Of a stretch of DNA of 64,000 nucleotides, positions 40,603-50,994 are shown piece by piece (position 1 is the first letter of the stretch; each line of letters opens with the position of its first letter). The translations under genes and the position numbers were made by a program. Source of the DNA: Phormidesmis sp. (GTDB lineage: Bacteria > Cyanobacteriota > Cyanobacteriia > Leptolyngbyales > Leptolyngbyaceae); NCBI GenBank assembly GCA_965248535.1, contig CBDFJR010000005.1, positions 1,600,001-1,664,000 on the forward strand, written 5' to 3'. Below the pieces are notes generated by a model. The model was not told where the DNA came from and ran no database searches. It was given only the letters and a program-made list of their open reading frames with translations.

Positions 40603-40920
40603 TCAATCTTCGTCGCCTTCCATGCGGGCAACCACGATCGCGCAGAAGGCAAATGCCAACACGATCGGCATCGGTGACTCAAAGAAATAGCCCGAAGCAG
40701 CGGCTACGATCGTGCTCACTATGGCTGCTAGGCTCCAAATTCTCTCGCTAACGGTTAGCCCTCTTTCAGCTTTGATGGCTCTCAACACTTGCGTCGGAAT
40801 CGGCACAGGCATCACCGCATTGGGAGGAAAGGCCCAATAGCCCGATCGCTCTTTAAACCAATCTGTCCAGCCGTTTTCTTGGCACCAGTCAGAAATCCAA
40901 TGTTCGCAGTAGTGATTCAT
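40603..40920 (-). CDS. Hypothetical membrane protein
   Basis: WCQENGWTDWF...WAFPPNAVMPVPIP followed by two TMs. Confidence 0.78.
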   Translation of the reverse strand: MNHYCEHWISDWCQENGWTDWFKERSGYWAFPPNAVMPVPIPTQVLRAIKAERGLTVSERIWSLAAIVSTIVAAASGYFFESPMPIVLAFAFCAIVVARMEGDED

Positions 40921-41432
40921 ATCTAGATTGAAAGAAGTAGAAGGGCCAAGAGACTAAGCCTCGATCGCTTGAGTGAATAAGCGAGAAGTCAAAACTGTTT
41001 TGATAATGGAAACATTGGACAGGTCTCCCGGTTGCGAGTTGAGTCGCAGTGACTCAGAAAGCTTCGCAAAACCCAGGTGCACGATCGCATCACTTCCATG
41101 ACAATAACAAAGCAAGTTCTCTGATGACCGCCAAAGATAATAAAATTTACTTTCTTAAGCGTTTGTGCAATCTTTTGTAACTTGCTGTTTCACTACTTTA
41201 TTAATTTGGCTTGCGGCACTGATAGCGGGCATTTGCAGTTCGGTATAAAATACGTTTCTTCAGTGTCTTTAAAGCACTTTTCAGCGTGTTTCTCTAAGAA
41301 CTGAACTGACGAATTGGTGGATTTTTTAATCAAAGAGTGAGAGTCTAAAAAAGCAGGCTGATCGATAGAAAAATTGGTAAGTTCTATAAAGTTCTGTGGG
41401 ATAAAACACCTTTCGTTACCTGAGAGATTGCC

Positions 41433-42140
41433 ATGACACTCAATCAATTTACTGCCCAGTTTTCTAGAAGAACGCTGTTCTCGATCGGGGCAGGGGCGAT
41501 CGCGGCAGGGCTAACGACTAATTTTCTGACCCCCACTCAGGCGCTTGCCGCCCCGCCGACCACACCCATCTCTCCTCAACAAGCGCTCAAGCTATTAAGG
41601 GAAGGCAATCAACGCTATATAGACCACCAATTGTCTCACCCGCATATCGACCAAAAACGGCTATCAGAATTGGCAAACCAACAAACCCCCTTCGCGATTA
41701 TCTTGAGTTGTGCTGACTCGCGGGTGCCGCCCGAAGTAGTCTTTGATCAAGGGCTGGGTGACTTATTTGTGATTCGAGTCGCTGGCAATATTTTAGATGA
41801 CGCTGTTTTAGGCAGCATCGAATATGGGGCTGTTAATTTGAATGTTCCGCTAGTGATGGTGTTGGGTCATGAGCGGTGCGGCGCAGTTGCAGCCACCGTA
41901 GCGGGCAGAGAGGTGCCAAATCACATTAGCTCATTGGTGAAAGCGATTCAGCCCGCCTTAGAGCGGGTCAAAGGCCAGCCAGGCGACCTGTTAGACAACG
42001 CAGTTCGAGCCAATGTGCAACTGGTGGCCGAGCAGATGAGCGAATCTGAACCTCTGGCTGGGTTAGTCAAAAGCCAAAAACTGATGATCGTGGGCGGCCG
42101 CTATGACCTCGACACAGGCACCGTCGAAATCATTGCTTAG
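41433..42140 (+). CDS. Beta-class carbonic anhydrase with a Tat signal (EcaB-like)
   Basis: SRRTLF Tat motif, CADSRV, RVAGN and GHERCGA zinc motifs. Confidence 0.92.
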   Translation: MTLNQFTAQFSRRTLFSIGAGAIAAGLTTNFLTPTQALAAPPTTPISPQQALKLLREGNQRYIDHQLSHPHIDQKRLSELANQQTPFAIILSCADSRVPPEVVFDQGLGDLFVIRVAGNILDDAVLGSIEYGAVNLNVPLVMVLGHERCGAVAATVAGREVPNHISSLVKAIQPALERVKGQPGDLLDNAVRANVQLVAEQMSESEPLAGLVKSQKLMIVGGRYDLDTGTVEIIA

Positions 42141-42153
42141 AGGGCGAAGACGT

Positions 42154-42970
42154 TCAAACTTGCGGCTGGGAGAAACTCCAATCGATAGCGATAGAGGATT
42201 GCTGGAACACCACGAAGCCACGGGCGTTTCTCCGACGGGGCTTTAAAGTAGTCGGGGTCTTGCGGAGAGAGATAAACTGCCGTGATCTGATTGGCCTCGA
42301 TCGTAGCCCCGCGCTGGTAAGCAGTAGTCGTCGTTTCAACCTGGACATTGAGATAGGGCTGAGACGTGCCGCGAAAAACTCGGTGCTGAAAGATTTCTGT
42401 CGTAAAATGAATTGGTCAGAAACCTAGCAGTTGGGGTTTCGACGGCTCTCGCGTTGACGATCGAGACCAACTGACGATCGCCCCGCAGCAGCGTGATCTG
42501 CCGATTAGGAGAACTCGGATCGACTTTGACCGCCAGCACCGCCCGATCGCCCAGATAGGCCTTTGCTAGATTCAGGCCATTAAAAGCCCGATCGGCAACT
42601 ACTTCTGTCTCACCCGACTTGGATTGCAGCGCCTTTAAAGCTTTGGCGATCGCAGTCTTCGGACCACAGGTTGCCGCACAAACCTCACATCAAACCCGAT
42701 CGGCTGATTGAGATAGGCGCGGTTGCTCTCAAACCCTGGTGTGGTCAAATCTGGGGCAAAGGGTGCCACTAGGTCAACCAGCGTGCTCTTAACGTGCCAA
42801 GTTCCGGCTAACCACGCGGGATAGGCTAAATCTCCCTTGGCGGCTTGCACGGTGGGTTTGCTTTGCCAATCGGGAAAAGCGGCAACCCGATCGCTGAGGG
42901 TTTCTGCTTGAGCAGAGGCGCTTAAAAACAGCCACACGATCGTGAGCAGCAGTGAATAAATAAACTTCAT
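42154..42970 (-). CDS. DUF6816-like exported protein, multiply frameshifted
   Basis: Frames give GDLAYPAWLAGTW, VADRAFNGLN and VETTT...AVYLSPQDPDYF...YRYRLEF. The 3' end is approximate. Confidence 0.65.
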
Positions 42971-42976
42971 AGGGTT

Positions 42977-44179
42977 CTAAATAACTGCCGCAGCTTTGAG
43001 CGCAAAAATCTTCTCAATCACATCAGCAACCACTTTATCGGGCGTGGATGCTCCCGACGTGATCCCAACCACGATTTTGCCCTTGGGCAGCCAAGCTTTG
43101 GCGATTTCTAACTCGCCGTGAAGCGGTTTGTGCTCAATGCCGTTTTCACTAATTCGCTCGGCGCTGTCGATGTGATAAGAGGGAATTTGGCGATCGACCG
43201 CGATCTCTTGTAGGTGCGTGGTGTTTGAAGAGTTATAGCCCCCAATCACGACCATGAGATCGAGTTTTTCATCTACTAAATCAAACATGGCATCTTGCCG
43301 TTCTTGGGTGGCATCGCAAATGGTGTTGAAGCTGAGAAAGCGCTGATTTAGCTGATCGGGGCCATATTTCCGCATCATCGTGCGCTCAAATAATTTGCCA
43401 ATCTGCTCAGTTTCGCCCTTGAGCATGGTGGTTTGATTGGCGATGCCGACTCGCTCTAGGTCACGATCGGGGTCAAAGCCTACCGATGTTGCTCGCTGAA
43501 ACTTAGTCAAAAACTCGTCGCGATCGCCGCCGTTGAGAATGTAATCGGCCACATATTCGGCTTCTCCCAGGTTTAAAACAATTAAATAAGTGCCCGCAAA
43601 CGAACTGGTGGCCACTGTTTCTTCATGTTTATATTGACCGTGAATTAGAGACGTGTGAGCAACTTTTTTATGTTTCTCGACGGTGTTCCAAACCTTGGAA
43701 ACCCACGGGCAGGTGGTATCTATAATTTTGCAGCCACGATCGTTGAGAATCTGCATTTCTTGAACGCTGGCCCCAAAAGCGGGCAAAATCACGACATCGC
43801 CCTGTCCCACCTCAGAGAAGTCTTTTTGGTTATTAATCAGCGAGATGAAATGCACGTTCATCTCTCGCAATCGCTGATTGACCGAAGGATTGTGAATAAT
43901 TTCATTGGTGATCCAAATCCGCTCGGTGGGAAAGTGTTGGCGAGTTTCATAAGCCATGGCGACGGCCCGCTCTACACCCCAACAAAACCCAAACGCCTCT
44001 GCCAAGCGAATCGTCACCTCGCCTCGCGTCAGGATGTAGTGACGATCGCGGATCTGCTGAATCAAATCGCTCTGATATTCAGACTCCATAACGCTGGCGA
44101 CTTCAGTCTCGTGGCCAAACCCCTTGCGGTGATAGTTTTCAGAACTGTTGAGCGATCGCTTAAATGCTTTGGTATCCAT
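42977..44179 (-). CDS. ispH: 4-hydroxy-3-methylbut-2-enyl diphosphate reductase
   Basis: [31 protein letters not shown] and TSGASTP motifs. Confidence 0.98.
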   Translation of the reverse strand: MDTKAFKRSLNSSENYHRKGFGHETEVASVMESEYQSDLIQQIRDRHYILTRGEVTIRLAEAFGFCWGVERAVAMAYETRQHFPTERIWITNEIIHNPSVNQRLREMNVHFISLINNQKDFSEVGQGDVVILPAFGASVQEMQILNDRGCKIIDTTCPWVSKVWNTVEKHKKVAHTSLIHGQYKHEETVATSSFAGTYLIVLNLGEAEYVADYILNGGDRDEFLTKFQRATSVGFDPDRDLERVGIANQTTMLKGETEQIGKLFERTMMRKYGPDQLNQRFLSFNTICDATQERQDAMFDLVDEKLDLMVVIGGYNSSNTTHLQEIAVDRQIPSYHIDSAERISENGIEHKPLHGELEIAKAWLPKGKIVVGITSGASTPDKVVADVIEKIFALKAAAVI

Positions 44180-44321
44180 CCCATCTCTTCCCTTAATTGC
44201 CGCTGGTGCATCGGACGTTTATATCTGTGATCATAGAGCGGTTGGGTGATCGAGATAGAAACCCTACCGGAGTGCATGATTAGGAAATCCTTTAAAAAGC
44301 TGAGGAGAATCGGAGACTTAG

Positions 44322-44546
44322 CAATACCTGCCAGCTAAAGCAGAAGAGACACTATTCTCGCAGCCAATCGAACAGTTCACCGATCGTAAGGTTGAAAACT
44401 TCGGAAAAGGCAGGCACTGGAAGGCGATCGCTGGAAGTTTCAAACACAGCGAGGGTGCGATCGCGGTGATAGAAGAAGCCCTGCAACGCAGCCAAACCGA
44501 CGATGAGGGGGCTGTGAATCGCTGGCTGTTGCAGCAGTTTCGCTAG
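44322..44546 (+). pseudogene. Start-less 3' gene fragment
   Basis: Open frame QYLPAKAEETLF...GKGRHWKAIA...IEEALQRSQTDDEGAVNRWLLQQFR* with protein-like composition and no start codon. Confidence 0.4.
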
Positions 44547-44548
44547 AC

Positions 44549-44860
44549 TTAAAATTCAGCATACTGTAGCGGACTTGCCCCGACCCGTTTTGTAATTTGG
44601 GGATAGTTGACCTTCGGTGCGGTTCTGTAATCGCCACAACACCCACCTGATGCCACCAATCATCCCCAAAATCAAACCAATAGCCAAACATTTCCTCGAT
44701 CGCTAGACCCAACGATCCAATTTTGGTCTTGGCAACATCCCCCGCGATCGGGCTGCCAAAATCATCCTCTAAAGTCATGGCTAGCTCGTAGCGATCGGCA
44801 TCAGGATCATTGGGGCCGTCGCCTCGCAATTGGAATTCATGGCGACTTCTTCACTGGTCT
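44549..44860 (-). pseudogene. 3' remnant of a pRiA4b ORF-3-family gene
   Basis: FGYWFDFGDDWWHQV signature, then frameshifted ...RVGASPLQYAEF*. The N-terminal half is missing. Confidence 0.75.
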
Positions 44861-45007
44861 CTTTGTGTCCTTGAACCACCTGTACCGCTCAAAGTTGGAG
44901 GGTCAACCGATAGTCAAAAGCCTCCAAAACCACCGAACTGATCGCCTGAAAAGGAACCCCAAACTTCAGATCTCTCTTGGAAGCCTGACTAGGCTTAAGT
45001 TTTAGAA

Positions 45008-45092
45008 CGGAGAGAGAGGGATTCGAACCCTCGTTAAGTTGCCCTAAACAGCATTTCCAGTGCTGCGCCTTCAACCACTCGGCCATCTCTCC
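45008..45092 (-). tRNA. trnS-GGA: tRNA-Ser(GGA)
   Basis: GGAGAGATGGCCGAGTGGTTGAAGGCGCAGCACTGGAAATGCTGT...GGTTCGAATCCCTCTCTCTCCG with a long variable arm. Confidence 0.97.
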
Positions 45093-45182
45093 AAAACTGC
45101 GCTGTGTTCTCAGTCACAGGTCTTCTATAGTACCAGAATTGTCCCATACTGAAAAGAGAGCGCAAGAAATTTGGCGAATTGT

Positions 45183-45548
45183 ATGACTCATCACACCATC
45201 CGCGTTTATAACCGTCAAAAAAATACCTACCACAGCTTTCGGGTGCCTGACGATCGCTATATCCTCCACAGCGCCGAAAATCAGGGGGTTGAGTTGCCCT
45301 TCTCGTGCCGCAACGGGGCTTGCACGACCTGTGCCGTTCGAGTCCGATCGGGGGAACTCTATCAGCCAGAAGCGATCGGGCTATCGGTCGATTTGCAGCG
45401 CCAAGGCTATGCCCTGCTCTGCGTCAGCTATGCCCGATCGGACTTAGACGTTGAAACTCAAGACGAAGATGAAGTGTATGAGCTTCAGTTTGGACGCTAT
45501 TTTGGCAAAGGTCGAGTTAAACGGGGCTTGCCCCTCGACGAAGAATAA
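45183..45548 (+). CDS. fed2: 2Fe-2S ferredoxin with C-terminal extension (Fed2/FdC2 type)
   Basis: LPFSCRNGACTTC and EDEVYELQFGRYF...GLPLDEE. Confidence 0.88.
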   Translation: MTHHTIRVYNRQKNTYHSFRVPDDRYILHSAENQGVELPFSCRNGACTTCAVRVRSGELYQPEAIGLSVDLQRQGYALLCVSYARSDLDVETQDEDEVYELQFGRYFGKGRVKRGLPLDEE

Positions 45549-45567
45549 AAGCAGGGTGCGATTAACC

Positions 45568-46089
45568 GTGAATCTCTGGAAAAGACTGCTGACGCTGATT
45601 GTTTTGCCGATTTTTCTCGGACTGTCGGGCTGTCAAGAGTCCAGCTTTTCGTCAGGAGAGGCGGTTTCAGTCCAACAGGTTTTGAGCGGTCAAGAATTGG
45701 AACTTGCCGGACTTTCTGGACAGCCAGAGATTACTGAACAGGTGCGACTGGCGGGAATCGCCGTGCCCAGTCTGACTCAAAAGCCCTGGGGAAACGCCGC
45801 TAAAACGCAGCTAGAGCAGATGATCAGCCATCAATCGGTGGTGCTAGAGTCCGGTGGACGAACTGCTCAAGGACAGCGATCAGTCTACGCCTGGGCTAAC
45901 GGCCGTCTGCTAAACGAGCAGCTAGTTGCTACCGGATACGCTCTGGTGACGGCTTCTAAAACTCTAAAATCTAGATACGACCTGCGCCTTAGTCGTGCCC
46001 AAGACCGCGCCCGAATTTTAGGATTGGGCATCTGGAATCCTCAAGAGCCACTGCGACAACCGCCCGGAGAGCCAGAAACTCGCGAGTGA
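45568..46089 (+). CDS. Thermonuclease (SNase)-fold lipoprotein
   Basis: Lipobox LSGC, VRLAGI, LLNEQLVATGYA and AQDRARILGLGIW. Confidence 0.82.
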   Translation: MNLWKRLLTLIVLPIFLGLSGCQESSFSSGEAVSVQQVLSGQELELAGLSGQPEITEQVRLAGIAVPSLTQKPWGNAAKTQLEQMISHQSVVLESGGRTAQGQRSVYAWANGRLLNEQLVATGYALVTASKTLKSRYDLRLSRAQDRARILGLGIWNPQEPLRQPPGEPETRE

Positions 46090-46124
46090 GTGCTAAACTT
46101 TCCTCGTTTCCACTGCTTAAACTC

Positions 46125-46949
46125 ATGGCTTCTCATTCTCCTCAACAGCTTCAAATCTTTTTAGACATCGCCACCGAAGCGGTTTTGGCCGCCGGAGCCG
46201 TTTTGCAAACTCACTGGGGCAAACTCGAAGACATTCAAGAAAAAGGTCGCCCTGGCGATTTAGTCACTGAGGCAGACAAAGCCGCAGAAGCCGCCGTGAT
46301 CGAGGTTTTGCGCCGCCATGTGCCTGATCACCCCATTTTGGCCGAAGAGTCGGGATCGCTGGGTCGCTTGGATGGTGACTATCTCTGGGCAATCGATCCC
46401 CTGGATGGCACGACCAACTACGCCCATCAATATCCCTTTTTTGCTGTGTCTGTCGGGTTGCTCATTGATGGCGTTCCGCAGGTGGGGGCCGTGTTTAACC
46501 CGATTCATCAAGAGCTTTTTAGAGCCGCCAAAGGGTTAGGGGCAACCTGCAATCGGCGATCGATACGAGTCTCTCAAACGGCGGAACTGAGTAAAAGTCT
46601 TTTGGTGACGGGGTTTGCCTACGATCGCCACCAAACCACCGACACCAACTATGCCGAATTTGCCCATCTGACCCATCTGACTCAAGGCGTTCGGCGTGAC
46701 GGCGCGGCTGCTCTTGACTTGGCTTATGTGGCCTGTGGGCGATTTGATGGCTATTGGGAGCGCGGCTTGTCAATGTGGGATATGGCAGCCGGAATTGTGC
46801 TCGTTGAAGAAGCTGGGGGCAGGGTGAGTGCCTACGATCGTGCCCCCTTTAATCTGCAATCTGGGCGAATCTTAGCCACAAACTCTAAAATTCATCATCC
46901 TCTTAGTCAAGAGTTATTGCAGGTAAAGCCAGAAAATCCCATAAAATAA
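46125..46949 (+). CDS. suhB: Inositol monophosphatase family protein
   Basis: DLVTEAD, WAIDPLDGTTNY and WDMAAG motifs. Confidence 0.92.
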   Translation: MASHSPQQLQIFLDIATEAVLAAGAVLQTHWGKLEDIQEKGRPGDLVTEADKAAEAAVIEVLRRHVPDHPILAEESGSLGRLDGDYLWAIDPLDGTTNYAHQYPFFAVSVGLLIDGVPQVGAVFNPIHQELFRAAKGLGATCNRRSIRVSQTAELSKSLLVTGFAYDRHQTTDTNYAEFAHLTHLTQGVRRDGAAALDLAYVACGRFDGYWERGLSMWDMAAGIVLVEEAGGRVSAYDRAPFNLQSGRILATNSKIHHPLSQELLQVKPENPIK

Positions 46950-46993
46950 GCAGATACTGATCTATGAAGAGCTTACTCAGGTAGACCATCCCC

Positions 46994-47968
46994 ATGAGTT
47001 TTCAAATTGAACGGGGTCTGTTCATGCTAGATTTCTCCGACTATCACTCTATTTTGGGTGTGTCGGTTGAAGCAGACGTTAAAGAAATTCGTAAGAATTA
47101 TTTGAAAATTGCCCGCCGTCTGCACCCGGATAGCGGCGTACTGGAGAGTGAAAGCGATCGCCAACTGGCAGGTCAATTTCTCTCAAAAATGGTCAACCCT
47201 GCCTGGGAAAAGCTTTCTCAAGAGCGCAGTCGCACCGATCATGGGATCGTGCTCAAGCTCAAAGGGCAGGGAGCTATGCGAAACCAAACCCATACCCAAG
47301 TGTTGGGGAGTTTGGCCAAGCAACTGCTGACAGCTAATAATCTTGACCATTTTTATCGAACGGCTCTGCAAGACCTGTCCGATCGCCAATATCAGCATCT
47401 CGATCAAGTTTTAGAACTGATTGCCCAGATTAGTGAGCTAAATCTGGTCTACCTGGCCCGGAAAGAAGGCACGGGCGAGAGCACGATCGGGGAACCCAAA
47501 AAACCGCTCTACACGGCGGCAGCGACTGGCTCGACTTCTGCCCCTTCTAACTCGGCCCCTGCGGCTCCTTCCTCGGCCCATCAGCAGAGAGAGGAGCTGC
47601 TTGAGCAATATTATCGTCGGGCTGAAGGCTTTATGAAAAAAGGCAACTATGCCCAAGCTACTCTAGAACTGAGAGACGCACTGCAAATTGATCCCAACCA
47701 CTCTCGATGTCACAGCTTGATGGGCATGGTCTATTTGCAGCAAAAACAGGGGACGATGGCCAAGATTCATTTCAACAAGGCGCTGACCGTGAATCCAGAA
47801 GACGCGACCGCTCTAGAAGGCAAGAAATATTTAGAGCAACAGGCCAATAAAGCTGCTTCCCAGTCATCTGCCTCTCGGCCTGCTAATAATGCGAACAGCA
47901 AGCCCGATCGCAACAAGCCTGACGGTGGCGGACTGTTTGGCGGCTTATTTAGTGGAAAGAAAAAATAA
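46994..47968 (+). CDS. J-domain + TPR protein
   Basis: IARRLHPD J domain and C-terminal TPR repeats. Confidence 0.88.
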   Translation: MSFQIERGLFMLDFSDYHSILGVSVEADVKEIRKNYLKIARRLHPDSGVLESESDRQLAGQFLSKMVNPAWEKLSQERSRTDHGIVLKLKGQGAMRNQTHTQVLGSLAKQLLTANNLDHFYRTALQDLSDRQYQHLDQVLELIAQISELNLVYLARKEGTGESTIGEPKKPLYTAAATGSTSAPSNSAPAAPSSAHQQREELLEQYYRRAEGFMKKGNYAQATLELRDALQIDPNHSRCHSLMGMVYLQQKQGTMAKIHFNKALTVNPEDATALEGKKYLEQQANKAASQSSASRPANNANSKPDRNKPDGGGLFGGLFSGKKK

Positions 47969-49227
47969 TGGTTTACCAACCTCCAGCAGGGGCAAGAGAT
48001 TTATTGCCCTTAGATGTTGCTCAAAAATGCTGGATCGAAGATCGGCTCCAGCAGACGTTTCGGCGCTGGGGCTATCACCGCATCATCACTTCGACTTTAG
48101 AACGGCTCGACACCCTGATGGCGGGGGGCGCAATTCAGCGATCGACGGTGATTCAACTCAATAACTTAGACGATGAGGTGCTAGGGCTGCGACCAGAACT
48201 GACGGCCTCGATCGCCCGCACTGCCGTGACTCGCATGGCGGGTGCCACCTATCCCCAACGGCTTTACTACAACACTAATGTGTTTCGCCGCGCCCCAGAA
48301 GGCAGCCATAGCGGTCAACAGGAGTTTTATCAAGCTGGGGTCGAGCTTCTGGGCGGCGGTGGGCTGTTGGCTGATGCCGAGATTTTGCTGCTGCTGATTG
48401 ACTGTCTCGATCATTTAGGACTGGAACCCCTAAAAAGTGCTGCTGAAGCTTCTTGGAGCTTGATTTTAGGGGAAGCGGGCTTGACCCGATCGCTGCTCTC
48501 GGCCTTCCCGGTGCCTCTGCGTGATCAGGTTCGGTTGGCGATCGCTCGACTCGATCGCACAGGCTTAGATGCTTTGCCGTTGTCTCAAGACCTGCACGAT
48601 CGGGCGCTGCTGCTGCTCGATTTGCGAGGCAAACCCGCCGATGTGATTCAACGAGTCAGCCAGCTAGCGTTAGATGACAGCCAGCGAGAGTCGGTCAACA
48701 ATCTCAAATCACTGATCGAGTTGCTGCAAGAAAGTCTCGATTTGCGGCTAGGAGAGGGCGAGGGCGAGATCCCGATCGTGCTCGATCTGAGCCTGATTCG
48801 CACCTTTGACTACTACACGGGCATCGTGTTTGAGGTGGCTAGCAACACCCCATCGGGGCAAAAAGTGTTAGGGCAAGGCGGTCGCTATGACCAGCTTTTG
48901 GGGCTTTTTCATCCTCAAGGGCAGGCGATTCCTGGCATCGGCTTCTCGCTGCAAATTGAGCAACTGCACCAGATTTTGATCCCCACGGGGCAACTGCCTC
49001 ACAAGACCCCTGCTAGCGATTGGCTCGTGGTGTCAGAGACTTCGCAGACCCACGCGATCGCCTTTGCCCATGCCCAAAAGCTGCGAGAATCTGCCCAAGT
49101 TCAAGTCGAGCTAGATCTCAGTGGCACCCGCCGAGAAGACATCCGAAATTATGCCCGTCGTCGCGGCATTGCCCAAATTGTTTGGATGGATGGGGACGGC
49201 TCACCCGTGGATGAAATTCTGACTTAG
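47968..49227 (+). CDS. hisZ: ATP phosphoribosyltransferase regulatory subunit
   Basis: PAGARDLLP, LRPELTASIAR, EFYQAGVEL, YYTG and GGRYD motifs. Confidence 0.95.
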   Translation: MVYQPPAGARDLLPLDVAQKCWIEDRLQQTFRRWGYHRIITSTLERLDTLMAGGAIQRSTVIQLNNLDDEVLGLRPELTASIARTAVTRMAGATYPQRLYYNTNVFRRAPEGSHSGQQEFYQAGVELLGGGGLLADAEILLLLIDCLDHLGLEPLKSAAEASWSLILGEAGLTRSLLSAFPVPLRDQVRLAIARLDRTGLDALPLSQDLHDRALLLLDLRGKPADVIQRVSQLALDDSQRESVNNLKSLIELLQESLDLRLGEGEGEIPIVLDLSLIRTFDYYTGIVFEVASNTPSGQKVLGQGGRYDQLLGLFHPQGQAIPGIGFSLQIEQLHQILIPTGQLPHKTPASDWLVVSETSQTHAIAFAHAQKLRESAQVQVELDLSGTRREDIRNYARRRGIAQIVWMDGDGSPVDEILT

Positions 49228-49289
49228 CGATCATAGAAAGTGCTCTCAGTAAGGGCTTTCACTCAACTATTTTTAGTAGGAAAAAACTT

Positions 49290-49517
49290 GTGTCTCATAC
49301 GATCGTTACCAATGTCTGTGAAGGGGTCGCCGATTGCGTCGATGCCTGTCCAGTTGCCTGCATTCACGAAGGCCCCAGCAAAAACACCAAAGGCACCGAT
49401 TGGTATTGGATCGATTTCTCGACCTGCATCGACTGCGGAATTTGTCTGCAAGTCTGCCCGGTTGAGGGGGCGATCGTGCCCGAAGAACGCCCAGAGTTGC
49501 AAAACACCCCTCAATAA
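49290..49517 (+). CDS. Bacterial-type dicluster ferredoxin (Fed8-like)
   Basis: CEGVADCVDACP and CIDCGICLQVCP motifs. GTG start. Confidence 0.9.
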   Translation: MSHTIVTNVCEGVADCVDACPVACIHEGPSKNTKGTDWYWIDFSTCIDCGICLQVCPVEGAIVPEERPELQNTPQ

Positions 49518-49537
49518 CTTTCGTTTTTGACTAGACT

Positions 49538-50269
49538 ATGAATGATCTTGCCCCGCTCTTAGAAGTCGAAACGGTTCACGCTGGCTACATCAAAGACCTC
49601 AATATTTTGCAAGGGGTGAGCATGAAGGTCTATCCGGGGGAGTTAGTGGCGATCATTGGCCCCAACGGAGCCGGAAAATCGACCTTAGCTAAGGCGGTGT
49701 TTGGGTTGCTGACTCCCAATCAGGGCAAGATTAATTTTAAAGGTGAGAGCATTGCGGGGCTAAAGTCTGACCAGATTGTGCGGCGAGGGATGTGCTATGT
49801 GCCCCAGATCTCCAATGTCTTTCCGTCTCTGACCGTGGAAGAAAATCTAGAAATGGGCGCATTTGTGCGGGATGTCTTGCTACAGCCGCTCAAAGATGAG
49901 ATTTTTACTAAATTTCCTCGTCTGGCAGATCGTCGCCGTCAACGGGCCGGAACGCTTTCTGGCGGTGAGCGACAAATGTTAGCGATGGGCAAAGCGCTGA
50001 TGCTGCAACCCAGTTTGCTTTTATTGGATGAACCTTCGGCCGCGTTGTCTCCCCTTCTCGTCAACAGCGTCTTTGAGCAGATTAAACAGATCAACCAAAG
50101 CGGAACGGCGATCGTGCTCGTTGAGCAAAATGCCCGCAAAGCGCTAGAGATGGCCGATCGAGGCTATGTCTTAGAAGCGGGTCGCGATCGCTTTGAGGGT
50201 CGTGGGGCTGATTTGCTCGACAACCCCAAAGTCGCTGAACTCTATTTGGGAGCCGGAAAAGCGCATTAG
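49538..50269 (+). CDS. natE: Neutral/branched-chain amino acid ABC ATPase (NatE/LivF)
   Basis: GPNGAGKST, LSGGERQMLAMG and LVEQNA motifs. Confidence 0.85.
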   Translation: MNDLAPLLEVETVHAGYIKDLNILQGVSMKVYPGELVAIIGPNGAGKSTLAKAVFGLLTPNQGKINFKGESIAGLKSDQIVRRGMCYVPQISNVFPSLTVEENLEMGAFVRDVLLQPLKDEIFTKFPRLADRRRQRAGTLSGGERQMLAMGKALMLQPSLLLLDEPSAALSPLLVNSVFEQIKQINQSGTAIVLVEQNARKALEMADRGYVLEAGRDRFEGRGADLLDNPKVAELYLGAGKAH

Positions 50270-50310
50270 AATCAGTTCGGTCAAAGCCCCACGAGCGCTC
50301 ATCAAAACGC

Positions 50311-50994
50311 CTACCCTCGCACTGCTTCTAGAATGCGGGAATAGTAAAAGCGGGTGCTCGTCATCGCCGATCGCTGAATCTTGAAGCCAGAACTCTCAAG
50401 CACTCGAACGACATCTGCTTCCCGGTGCTGATAGGCGCGAGTCGCCTTGCTAGGGCCAGGAAAAAATTCACCGATCTTCTTCAGAATCGTGAGCAAAAAG
50501 GTCTTAGGGGCAAAACTGAGAATCAGCCGATCGGTTGCCAAGCTAGACAAATTCTTAATCATGTCCATCGCCTGATCGCTGGGGTAGTGAATCAGCACAT
50601 CCAAACAAATAATCGTAGGGTAATTTCCGCTCAAGGTTTCTAAATCTTGAACCGAAAAATTGGGATTGTTAGGAAGCCCGATCGCCACCGCTCTTTCCTT
50701 CGCTTCCCCTACCATCTTTTCAGAAATATCACTAGCAAAAATCGTTGCCCCGGCTTGGGCTAGCGGAATGCTGAGACTGCCCACCCCACAGCCTGCATCA
50801 CAGATCGTTAGCTCAGAGAGATTGCCGTCGGCCTCAAGCCAAGCCAAGACCGTATCAACGGTTTGCTGATGCCCCGTGCGGATGTCTAGCTGAACTTTGT
50901 TAACGTCGCCATCGCCATAAATGCGCCGCCAGCGATCGAACCCCGTTGCATTAAAATAGTCCCGGACAACGGTTTTGTCATCGATTCCGTTCAT
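50311..50994 (-). CDS. chlM: Mg-protoporphyrin IX methyltransferase
   Basis: YFNATGFDRW, DAGCGVG, CLDVLIHYP and FPGPSKATRAY motifs. Confidence 0.97.
   Translation of the reverse strand: MNGIDDKTVVRDYFNATGFDRWRRIYGDGDVNKVQLDIRTGHQQTVDTVLAWLEADGNLSELTICDAGCGVGSLSIPLAQAGATIFASDISEKMVGEAKERAVAIGLPNNPNFSVQDLETLSGNYPTIICLDVLIHYPSDQAMDMIKNLSSLATDRLILSFAPKTFLLTILKKIGEFFPGPSKATRAYQHREADVVRVLESSGFKIQRSAMTSTRFYYSRILEAVRG

Noticed and set aside
44180..45007. att-site duplication of the tRNA-Ser 3' end
   Set aside because: I could not find a second copy of GGATTCGAACCC or the acceptor end.
44889..45086. 65-aa ORF MAEWLKAQHWK
   Set aside because: It is a translation of the tRNA-Ser gene.
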